From a virus (taxonomy: Duplodnaviria > Caudoviricetes): DNA of 27,591 nucleotides. The DNA lies in the IMG/VR virus record IMGVR_UViG_3300030059_000688, positions 1 to 27,591 of that record, one strand, 5' to 3'. The notes beneath the pieces were generated by a model. That model did no database searches, was not told the origin of the DNA, and was given only the letters and a program-made list of their open reading frames with translations. The position numbers and the translations under genes were made by a program. This document shows, piece after piece, positions 19,075-26,758 of this stretch (its first letter is position 1; each line of letters begins with the position of its first letter).

Positions 19075-19513
19075 TATAAAGTTAGCACTACAAGAAAAAT
19101 ACGAAAAAGAAAAAGAAACTGAGAAAAAAGAAACTAAAGAAAAGACTCTTAATATAGAGACTTTAACTAAATCTGAAATAGACAAACTTCCTCAACCAAC
19201 TGGTTGGAGAATATTAGTTTTACCTTTTGTAATGCCAGAAAAATCTAAAGGTGGAATTATCATAGCTCAAGAATCTTTAGATAGAGCTAGGGTGGCTGTT
19301 CAGGCAGGTTATGTTTTAAGAGTCGGTCCATTGGCATATGGAGACAAAGATAAATTTACCACAGGTCCTTGGTGTAAAGAAAAGGAATGGGTAATTTTTG
19401 CTAGATATGCTGGGTCAAGACTACAGATAGATGGTGGAGAAATACGAATATTAAACGATGATGAAGTGTTAGCGACAGTAAAAGATCCCGAACACGTTCT
19501 TCATGCAATATAA
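19064..19513 (+). CDS. groES: phage co-chaperonin GroES (Cpn10 family)
   Basis: PTGWRILV, mobile loop KSKGGIII, VLRVGP, VIFARYAG, ILNDDEVLA; charged N-terminal extension; RBS AAGGAG. Confidence 0.9.
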   Translation: MMADIKLALQEKYEKEKETEKKETKEKTLNIETLTKSEIDKLPQPTGWRILVLPFVMPEKSKGGIIIAQESLDRARVAVQAGYVLRVGPLAYGDKDKFTTGPWCKEKEWVIFARYAGSRLQIDGGEIRILNDDEVLATVKDPEHVLHAI

Positions 19514-19521
19514 CATAGGAG

Positions 19522-20502
19522 ATGACTATGCCAGAAGAAGCATTGAAACAAGAACAACCTAATTTAGTTGATGTAGGCGAAGACACGGGTGCCGAAATTG
19601 ATTTAGATAGTGTTGTCAAAGAAGAAGTTAAAGAAGAACTTGTTGTTGAAAAAATTTCTGAAGAGGAAATGAATCAAGAAGTTAAAGAAGAAGTTACAGA
19701 AGAACCAAAAAAAGACGAACTCAAAGAATATAGTGAAGGCGTTAATAAACGTATTGCTAAATTAACTAAAAAAATGAGAGAAGCAGAGCGTCAAAAAGAT
19801 GAAGCTATAAACTATGCTAAAACTGTTCTTCAACAAAAAGATGAAGCACAAAGAACAGCTACTTCAAGTTATGTAGATGAATTTGAAAAAAGAGTAGTAT
19901 CTAATTTAGAAGCAGCAAAGATAAAGTTGAAAACAGCAATTGATAATCAAGATGTTGATAATCAAGTTTCTGCTCAACAAGAAATTGCTCAACTAACTTT
20001 AGATAATGCTAAATTAGCACAAGCTAGACAAGTACAAGGACAAAGAAGAACAGCACCTACTCAAGAACAAGTTGTTCCTCAACCACAACAAGGGTATGCA
20101 AATCCTCAACAAATTAGAGAAGCTGCTCAAGAAATGGATCCTAAAGCAGAAAATTGGGCATCTAAAAATACTTGGTTTGGTAAAGATAATGCTATGACTT
20201 ATACAGCATTTGATATACATAAAAAGTTAACTGAAGAAGAAGGATATGATCCTACTAGTGGTGAGTATTATCAAGAAGTGGATAAAAGAATAAGACTTGA
20301 ATTTCCACATAAATTTGATAGTGTTGCCAGTAAGCCGGCTGAAAGAGTTACTCAGACAGTCGCTTCAGCTAATCGTCCAGCTCAAACAGGACGCAAAAAA
20401 ACTGTGAGACTCACACCCTCTCAGGTAGCAATTGCTAAAAAATTAGGTGTGCCACTTGAAGAATATGCGAGACAATTAACCATGAAGGAGGGAAGCATAT
20501 GA
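19522..20502 (+). CDS. capsid scaffolding protein (putative)
   Basis: Acidic N-terminus, coiled coil (VNKRIAKLT), W..KNTWFG and C-terminal VRLTPSQVAIAKKLGVPLEEYA; upstream of the capsid genes. True start may be ATG 19528. Confidence 0.7.
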   Translation: MTMPEEALKQEQPNLVDVGEDTGAEIDLDSVVKEEVKEELVVEKISEEEMNQEVKEEVTEEPKKDELKEYSEGVNKRIAKLTKKMREAERQKDEAINYAKTVLQQKDEAQRTATSSYVDEFEKRVVSNLEAAKIKLKTAIDNQDVDNQVSAQQEIAQLTLDNAKLAQARQVQGQRRTAPTQEQVVPQPQQGYANPQQIREAAQEMDPKAENWASKNTWFGKDNAMTYTAFDIHKKLTEEEGYDPTSGEYYQEVDKRIRLEFPHKFDSVASKPAERVTQTVASANRPAQTGRKKTVRLTPSQVAIAKKLGVPLEEYARQLTMKEGSI

Positions 20503-20972
20503 AAAACGATAATGAAACAAATAACGTAAGAACTCCTCGTGTGAGCGAAACTAGGGTTAAACAAGAAAAACCTAAAGTTTGGACTCCCCCATCTTCTCTA
20601 GATGCACCCCCTGCGCCTGATGGATTCAGGCACCGTTGGATAAGAGCAGAATCTATGGGTTTCGATGATACTAAAAATATCATGGGTAAACTTAGATCTG
20701 GTTGGGAATTAGTCAGATCGGATGAATATCCGAGTGAAGAATACCCTGTTGTCAAAGACGGAAAAAACTCTGGGGTAATTGGAGTTGGTGGCCTATTGTT
20801 GGCTAGGATACCGGAAGAGATCGCAAAGTCTCGTGAAGACTACTTTAAACAGCAACTGCAAGACAGAAACGATGCTGTTGAAAACGACCTTTTGAAGGAA
20901 CAACATAATGCGATGCCTATCAATCAAGATAGACAGAGTCGTGTAACTTTTGGTGGTACTAAGAAAAGTTAA
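20499..20972 (+). CDS. conserved head-module hypothetical protein
   Basis: WTPPSSLDAP...RWIR...GWELV...IGVGGLLLARIP; strong RBS; ATGA overlap. Confidence 0.75.
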   Translation: MKNDNETNNVRTPRVSETRVKQEKPKVWTPPSSLDAPPAPDGFRHRWIRAESMGFDDTKNIMGKLRSGWELVRSDEYPSEEYPVVKDGKNSGVIGVGGLLLARIPEEIAKSREDYFKQQLQDRNDAVENDLLKEQHNAMPINQDRQSRVTFGGTKKS

Positions 20973-21023
20973 TTTTTTAACAATTACTTATCCACTTAAC
21001 ATTAATAATAGGAGACAATAACT

Positions 21024-21668
21024 ATGGCAAACGCAAATAGTGCATTTGGATTAAAACCATACATGAAAAGTGGTAGTAATTCTAACAGTACAGGTGTTGG
21101 TGGATATTCTCATTACGAAATAAAGAACGATAATAGTACAGCTATTTTCAACGGTTCTGTTGTTATACCTTTATCAACTGGTTTTATCAGTTTGGTAGGT
21201 GCAGCAGACGGTGGAACAGTAGCTCCCGTTGGAGTCTTTATGGGTTGTGAGTATGTTTCAGACACAACAGGTAAACCGGTCTTTTCGAACTTTTGGCCGG
21301 GTTCAGGGGCAGATTCAAATCACCCTATTAAGGCATTCGTAGCAGACGATCCAAATCAATTATTTTTGATCGCTTCAGATGCATCATTAACAAGTAAAGC
21401 TACAGCAAGAGCAGGTGTATTTTTAAATGCAGATATGTCTAGTGGTACAAGTGGGTCTACCGTAACAGGTAAATCTTCTGCAGCCCTAGCCGTAAGCACA
21501 CTAGCAACTACAGCAGGATTAATGCTAAGATTTATGGGTTGGGCAGAAGATTATACCAACGAAGATTTCGCAGCAGCAGGAATCCCTTGTGTAGTTAGAT
21601 TTACATCACACTTTAACGCTGACAGTATGGGAATTGCTGTTGGTACACCAGCGACAACAGGAGTATAA
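21024..21668 (+). CDS. putative capsid decoration/minor head protein
   Basis: MAN...FGLKP, GVFMGCEY, VADDP motifs; immediately upstream of the major capsid gene; RBS AGGAG. Confidence 0.6.
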   Translation: MANANSAFGLKPYMKSGSNSNSTGVGGYSHYEIKNDNSTAIFNGSVVIPLSTGFISLVGAADGGTVAPVGVFMGCEYVSDTTGKPVFSNFWPGSGADSNHPIKAFVADDPNQLFLIASDASLTSKATARAGVFLNADMSSGTSGSTVTGKSSAALAVSTLATTAGLMLRFMGWAEDYTNEDFAAAGIPCVVRFTSHFNADSMGIAVGTPATTGV

Positions 21669-21671
21669 AAC

Positions 21672-22580
21672 ATGGCAATATCAAGACAACAATTAGCTAA
21701 AGAGCTAGAGCCAGGTTTGAATGCTTTATTCGGCTTGGAGTACAAGAACTACGAAAACCAACATGAAGAGATCTTTACAAAAGAAACTTCAGACAGAGCT
21801 TTTGAAGAAGAAGTAATGCTTTCAGGTTTTGCTAACGCAGCAGTAAAACAGGAAGGTACAGCAGTAGGATTTGACGATGCACAAGAGTCATATACTTCTC
21901 GCTATACTCATGAAACAATCGCTCTTGCTTTCTCAATTACTGAAGAAGCAGTCGAAGATAATTTGTATGACAGAATCTCAGCTAGATACACAAAAGCATT
22001 AGCACGTTCAATGGCTAATACTAAACAGGTAAAAGCAGCAAACGTATTAAACAATGCGTTTAACTCTTCTTTTACAGGTGGAGATGGTGTAGAACTTTGT
22101 TCAACAGCTCATCCAACCGTATCTGGTGGCGATGTTGCTAACGAACTAGCAACTTCTGCTGATCTTTCAGAAACATCTTTAGAGCAAGCTTTAATTGACA
22201 TTGGTCAATTTAAAGATGAGCGTGGATTAAAGATTGCAGCTAAGGGAATAAAAATGATTATTCCTTCACAGCTACAATTCACTGCTGAAAGACTTATGAA
22301 GTCTGCTCAAAGAACTGGAACTGCAGATAATGATACAAATGCAATTGCATCAATGGGAATGATTCCACAAGGTTATGTGGTTAATAATTTCTTAACTGAT
22401 ACAGACGCATTCTTTATCACAACTGACGTACCAAATGGTCTTAAGTATTTTGAAAGATCACCTATCAAAACTTCAATGGAAGGCGATTTTGATACGGGTA
22501 ATGTAAGATACAAAGCTAGAGAGAGATATTCTTTTGGATTCTCAGACTTTAGAGGTATCTACGGTTCACCGGGTGCTTAA
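21672..22580 (+). CDS. major capsid protein
   Basis: MAISRQQLAKELEPGLNALFGLEY...SDRAFEEEV...DFDTGNVRYKARERYSFG..D.RGIYGSPGA is a well-known marine phage MCP type (Mu gpT-like, HK97 fold); followed by a terminator. Confidence 0.9.
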   Translation: MAISRQQLAKELEPGLNALFGLEYKNYENQHEEIFTKETSDRAFEEEVMLSGFANAAVKQEGTAVGFDDAQESYTSRYTHETIALAFSITEEAVEDNLYDRISARYTKALARSMANTKQVKAANVLNNAFNSSFTGGDGVELCSTAHPTVSGGDVANELATSADLSETSLEQALIDIGQFKDERGLKIAAKGIKMIIPSQLQFTAERLMKSAQRTGTADNDTNAIASMGMIPQGYVVNNFLTDTDAFFITTDVPNGLKYFERSPIKTSMEGDFDTGNVRYKARERYSFGFSDFRGIYGSPGA

Positions 22581-22601
22581 TTAAATACATATATAATATT
22601 T

Positions 22602-22630
22602 AAAAAGGGGCTTTCGAGCCCCTTTTTTTT
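22602..22630 (+). terminator. intrinsic terminator (possibly bidirectional)
   Basis: AAAAAGGGGCT-TTCG-AGCCCCTTTTTTTT directly after the capsid gene. Confidence 0.9.
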
Positions 22631-22632
22631 AC

Positions 22633-22660
22633 TTTACATTGTGGGAAAAAATACTAACAT
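22633..22660 (+). promoter_or_regulatory. possible sigma70-type promoter
   Basis: TTTACA-16 bp-TAACAT just after the terminator, upstream of the AAGGAGG RBS of ORF 22689. Confidence 0.35.
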
Positions 22661-22688
22661 ATGTCTTAAATAATATAAGGAGGCATAT

Positions 22689-22880
22689 ATGACCGCTTTA
22701 TCACAGTCTTTAATTGCTGAGAAAATTAGATTAGAGTCTCAATGGAATACTCAATATCTATCTCAAGGCAAAGAAACAATTGATATGAAATCAATTGAAG
22801 CTAAGTTGGAAAGAGTTAAAACTAAGCTTAAATGGAAAGACTTAAATCCGTACGAAAGTCCTTTATTTATTCCAGAATAA
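22689..22880 (+). CDS. small hypothetical protein, moron-like
   Basis: 63 aa helical; perfect RBS TAAGGAGG. Confidence 0.75.
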   Translation: MTALSQSLIAEKIRLESQWNTQYLSQGKETIDMKSIEAKLERVKTKLKWKDLNPYESPLFIPE

Positions 22881-22925
22881 ATAAAGACTAAAATTTTTAA
22901 AAACGTTTTTATCTAGAGGAATTCC

Positions 22926-22953
22926 TTGCTCTATTGAAATATATATATATACT
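22926..22953 (+). promoter_or_regulatory. probable sigma70-type promoter
   Basis: TTGCTC-16 bp-TATACT; the predicted +1 (about 22960) coincides with the start of the structured RNA. Confidence 0.5.
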
Positions 22954-22959
22954 TTTACG

Positions 22960-23035
22960 ACTAGAATTAATTAACTTATGCAGGCCGATCTAGCGGATTC
23001 ACGTAGTAAAACTGTATAACAATGACTACGGAGGT
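22960..23035 (+). ncRNA. multi-pseudoknot structured RNA leader (resembles the Polynucleobacter-1 motif architecture)
   Basis: Pairings: CTAGA 22961-65 / TCTAG 22989-93; TTATGCAG 22976-83 / CTGTATAA 23012-19; CCG 22985-87 / CGG 22994-96; CGTAGT 23002-07 / ACTACG 23025-30, the last abutting GGAGG. Family resemblance is from memory. Confidence 0.6.
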
Positions 23036-23045
23036 CAAAAATAAA

Positions 23046-23927
23046 ATGGGAAATACAACTTTTTCAGGTCCTATTAGATCACAAAATGGAACTAGACTTA
23101 TTAGTAAGAATTCTAGCACAGGACTAATATCGGACAGAACACTTGCAGATTCAGGTGTAAGAGATGCAAGACGTTTCTTCTTAGAAGAATGGTTTTTACA
23201 AAGACCAGGTATCAATGCTAATATTGATCAGGTATCAACAGTTGAAGTTCAAAGAGCTTTAAATAGAAACTGGGAAGCACTTGGAACTAATATGACTACT
23301 GCACTAGCTACTTTTAATACTACTTCAGCAGGAATATTATTAACAACTGCAACAGCAGATCAAGATCAAGCAATTATTACTCCACATCTCGATACAGCAG
23401 CAACTGCATGGGCAGGATGTTTATGGGGAACAGAAAACCAAGTAAATTTTGAAACATCAATTAATACAGCAGCGATTGACAATCAAAAAGTTTGGGCAGG
23501 TTTAAAATTAACTAATGATCATTTAGTTGCAACAGATGACGATCAAGCTTATTTTAAGTTTCAAACTGATGCAACAAACTCAGAAGCTTTCACTGATTTT
23601 ACAAAATTACATTTTGTACATTCTGCTGGTGGCACTGATTTTATTAGTCAATTACCAATTACAGTAACAGCGAACACTATTTACAATTTAAAAATCACTA
23701 TTGATTCAGATAGAAAAGCGTCTATTTTTGTAGATGGAATTCAGTATAATGTTACAGGCACTTCTGGTTCAACCGGTGGTACTGCGGTAACTACAGGTAC
23801 AACACCTTCAGGAGCTTTAGATGATGACATTGATTTAATTCCTTATGTAGGACTTGAAAATGGTGCAGGAGCAGCAGAAGCAATTGGTGTTCATTATGTT
23901 TGTATGAGTAGAACAATTAACGAATAA
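23046..23927 (+). CDS. virion structural protein (possible head fibre / lectin-like beta-sandwich)
   Basis: Preferred start ATG 23046 (MGNTTFSGPIRS, a typical N-terminus) downstream of GGAGG; beta-rich C-domain. Confidence 0.65.
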   Translation: MGNTTFSGPIRSQNGTRLISKNSSTGLISDRTLADSGVRDARRFFLEEWFLQRPGINANIDQVSTVEVQRALNRNWEALGTNMTTALATFNTTSAGILLTTATADQDQAIITPHLDTAATAWAGCLWGTENQVNFETSINTAAIDNQKVWAGLKLTNDHLVATDDDQAYFKFQTDATNSEAFTDFTKLHFVHSAGGTDFISQLPITVTANTIYNLKITIDSDRKASIFVDGIQYNVTGTSGSTGGTAVTTGTTPSGALDDDIDLIPYVGLENGAGAAEAIGVHYVCMSRTINE

Positions 23928-23939
23928 TAAATAATATTA

Positions 23940-23966
23940 AGTGGGGCTTCGGCCCCACTGTTTCTT
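23940..23966 (+). terminator. cUUCGg hairpin, weak terminator or RNA stabiliser
   Basis: AGTGGGGC-TTCG-GCCCCACT followed by an imperfect U-tract GTTTCTT. Confidence 0.65.
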
Positions 23967-23984
23967 AATTAAGGAGGGAAACAA

Positions 23985-24407
23985 ATGGCAGATACAGTAA
24001 CAGGACCAACAATCTTACAACAAAACGATCAACGAGTTGTAATTAAAATAATCAATCAATCAGACGGAACAGGTGCCACAACAGTTTTTGGTGACGTATC
24101 AGCATTAGCTGCAAATAGTGTTACAGGTAAGGCTGCGGCTCATTTAAGTTTACTTAGAGTTTGGTTTTCTTGTCAAGGCGGAAACGGAGGAGACTCTTTT
24201 GCTCGTTTAGACGAAGAAGATGATGATGGAGATATTCCAGTAATAGGTTTAACAGGAACAGGCTATTGGGACTTTAGAGAATTTGGTGGAATCCCTGCTG
24301 ATAAATCTAATAATACCAATGAAAGTGATGTAAATCTTGTAGTACCAGGTGAAGCTGATGCAGGAAATATGTATACAATTATAGCTGAATTTAAAAAGTT
24401 ATATTAA
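23985..24407 (+). CDS. hypothetical virion protein
   Basis: RBS AAGGAGG; 140 aa; DFREFGGIP motif. Confidence 0.7.
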   Translation: MADTVTGPTILQQNDQRVVIKIINQSDGTGATTVFGDVSALAANSVTGKAAAHLSLLRVWFSCQGGNGGDSFARLDEEDDDGDIPVIGLTGTGYWDFREFGGIPADKSNNTNESDVNLVVPGEADAGNMYTIIAEFKKLY

Positions 24408-24416
24408 GGAGGCTAG

Positions 24417-25130
24417 ATGGCTACATCAGGCACAACTACTTTTGATCTTGATATTGATGAAATAATTCAAGAAGCATACGAGAGATGTGGAATTAGTTTA
24501 CGAACAGGCTATAGTTTAAAAAGTGCAAGAAGATCTTTAAATATTTTATTTTCTGAATGGGGAAATAGAGGAATTCATTTATGGAAAGTAGATTTAGCTG
24601 CAGTACCTTTGGTAGAAGGCCAAGCTGAATATAATGCTACTACAGATAGTACAAATTTTCCAACAGGAGTTAATCAAGTTTTAGAAGCTTATGTTAGAAA
24701 TAATACAACTAGTACAACACCTATAGACACTTCTTTAACTAAAATAGATAGATCGACATATGCTTCTCTTGCAACTAAATTATCTAAAGGAACACCTAGT
24801 CAATATTATGTAGAAAGAACTACTTCACCAAGTATTTTTTTATATCAAACACCAAGTAGTAGTTTTTCAGGGTCAACTCATTTATTAAAATTTTATTATT
24901 TAAAAAGAATAGAAGATGCCGGGACTGCTTATACAAATGAAACAGATGTAGTTTTTCGTTTTATACCTTGTATGATTTCAGGTCTTGCATATTATTTAAG
25001 TATGAAAATAGCTCCTGATAGAATTCAAATTTTAAAACCTTTATATGAAGAAGAATTACAAAGAGCATTAAATGAAGATTCTACAGCAACAAGTCTTTAT
25101 ATTAGTCCAAGGAACTATAGCTTTAAATAA
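24417..25130 (+). CDS. head-tail adaptor / tail tubular protein A-like
   Basis: IIQEAYERCG...ARRSLN..FSEW.NRG, GTPSQYY, GLAYYLS, LKPLYEEE; RBS AAGGAGG. Confidence 0.7.
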   Translation: MATSGTTTFDLDIDEIIQEAYERCGISLRTGYSLKSARRSLNILFSEWGNRGIHLWKVDLAAVPLVEGQAEYNATTDSTNFPTGVNQVLEAYVRNNTTSTTPIDTSLTKIDRSTYASLATKLSKGTPSQYYVERTTSPSIFLYQTPSSSFSGSTHLLKFYYLKRIEDAGTAYTNETDVVFRFIPCMISGLAYYLSMKIAPDRIQILKPLYEEELQRALNEDSTATSLYISPRNYSFK

Positions 25131-25633
25131 TGGGTAATTTTGCAAAAGGTAAACATGCATTAGCTATATCCGATAGAAGTGGTTTTGCATTTCCTTACAG
25201 AGAAATGTTAAGAGAATGGAATGGTTCTTTTGTGCACAAAACAGAATACGAAGCAAAACAACCTCAATTAGAACCTAAAGTTCATTCAGGAGATCCACAA
25301 GCCCTACAAAATTCAAGACCAGATAGAGTAGAAACTATTGTTTCTGTTTTATTAAATAAAGATTCTTTTACAACAGGAAGTGCTAGTTCTTCAACAATAA
25401 CAGTTACAGAAAATAATCATGGAAGATCAAGTAGTGATACAGTTCGTTTTAGAAATGTTTTAGGATTTGATGGTATCTTAGCAAGCAATTTAAATAAAGC
25501 TGTAGGATATACAATAACTAAAGTAGATGATGATAGTTATACTTTTAGCGTAGATACAAACACAGCAACAACAGGAAATATAAAAGGAGGAGGCGGAGAT
25601 GCATCAGCAGGTCCGGCAACAATCACAGCATGA
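25130..25633 (+). CDS. hypothetical protein with C-terminal small beta-barrel domain
   Basis: AISDRSGF..PY...EWNG..V...E.KQPQL N-domain plus an ITVT..NHG...D.V...YTI...D.YTF domain. Confidence 0.7.
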   Translation: MGNFAKGKHALAISDRSGFAFPYREMLREWNGSFVHKTEYEAKQPQLEPKVHSGDPQALQNSRPDRVETIVSVLLNKDSFTTGSASSSTITVTENNHGRSSSDTVRFRNVLGFDGILASNLNKAVGYTITKVDDDSYTFSVDTNTATTGNIKGGGGDASAGPATITA

Positions 25634-26313
25634 CAATGGATCTCAGTACATTAAGAACAAATATTAGAAATTATTCAGAGACAGATAGTAATGTTTTAAC
25701 AGACACAGTTTTAAATGTTATTATTAAAAACGTAGAAAATAGAATATTTAGATCAGTAGATTCTGATGACACTAAATTTTATGCTACCTCAGATTTAACT
25801 ATTGGTAATAGATTTGTTACTATTCCAAATGATGCTAGAATTATAAGGTATGTTCAATTAACTAATCCTACAACTTCAGATCAATTTTTTTTAGAACAGG
25901 TAGATGCTTCTTTTTTAGCTGAATATTTTCCAGACCCTGATAATACAAATGATAATGCAACGCCTAAGTATTATGCTCATTGGGATTCAGATAATTGGGT
26001 AGTAGCTCCAACTCCGGATGTAGCTTATGCAGTCACTTTGGCCTACATAAAACAACCCGATACTATTACAACTTCAAATTCAAGCACTACTTATATATCA
26101 AATAATTTTCAAGATTTACTAATTAATGGTTGTATGGTAGAAACTCTAAAGTACTTGAAAGGACCCGATAATATGTTACAACTGTATGAGAGTTCTTATC
26201 AAGAAGGACTTCAAACGTTTGCGGCAGAACAACAAGGTCGAAGACGCAGAGACGAATACACAAGTGGTGTTGTTCGTACAGATATACAATCACCACAACC
26301 AAAAATAAAATAA
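25630..26313 (+). CDS. second head-tail adaptor-like protein
   Basis: TPKYYA...VAPTPD..Y...L.Y and RRRDEY motifs; ATGA overlap. Confidence 0.65.
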   Translation: MTMDLSTLRTNIRNYSETDSNVLTDTVLNVIIKNVENRIFRSVDSDDTKFYATSDLTIGNRFVTIPNDARIIRYVQLTNPTTSDQFFLEQVDASFLAEYFPDPDNTNDNATPKYYAHWDSDNWVVAPTPDVAYAVTLAYIKQPDTITTSNSSTTYISNNFQDLLINGCMVETLKYLKGPDNMLQLYESSYQEGLQTFAAEQQGRRRRDEYTSGVVRTDIQSPQPKIK

Positions 26314-26326
26314 AAGGAGACTAAAA

Positions 26327-26752
26327 ATGGCTAATATAATACCAGATGCATTTAAATCAGAACTCTTATCTGGCACACACAATTTTGCTAACGGAGGCAA
26401 TAGTTTTAAAATAGCTTTATATACAAACATCTCTGGTTATTCCACATCAAGTACTGCATACTCGGCTACTAATGAAGTTTCTTCTTCAGGTACAAGTTAT
26501 CCAGCAGGTGGACAAGCTTTAGATAGTCAAGTTATTGCTGTTGCAAGTAATGTAGCTCATGTTGATTTTGCAGACGAAGTTTTTTCATCTGTAACATTAT
26601 CAGCAGTAGGTGCTATTATTTACAACGATACAAACTCAGATAAATTAGTTGTTGTTCTAGATTTTGGAGGAACTAAAACTGCTACTAACGGAGATTTTAC
26701 AATTCAATTTCCTGCAGCGGGTGCGTCATCATCTATAATAAGGATTGCATAA
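26327..26752 (+). CDS. tail/virion structural protein
   Basis: FKIALYT...NEV...Y.AGG..L...GAIIYN...VVLDFGG.K..TNGDFTIQFP; RBS AAGGAG. Confidence 0.75.
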   Translation: MANIIPDAFKSELLSGTHNFANGGNSFKIALYTNISGYSTSSTAYSATNEVSSSGTSYPAGGQALDSQVIAVASNVAHVDFADEVFSSVTLSAVGAIIYNDTNSDKLVVVLDFGGTKTATNGDFTIQFPAAGASSSIIRIA

Positions 26753-26758
26753 TAAAAT

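Noticed and set aside
20988-20996. DnaA-box-like TTATCCACT
   Set aside because: A single mismatched 9-mer in AT-rich DNA; not enough to call an origin.
22560-22630. Capsid read-through or frameshift extension
   Set aside because: TAA stop, no slippery site, and a strong terminator follows.
22960-23035. HDV-like, hammerhead or pistol ribozyme assignment
   Set aside because: Helix order and conserved catalytic-core nucleotides of those classes could not be matched.
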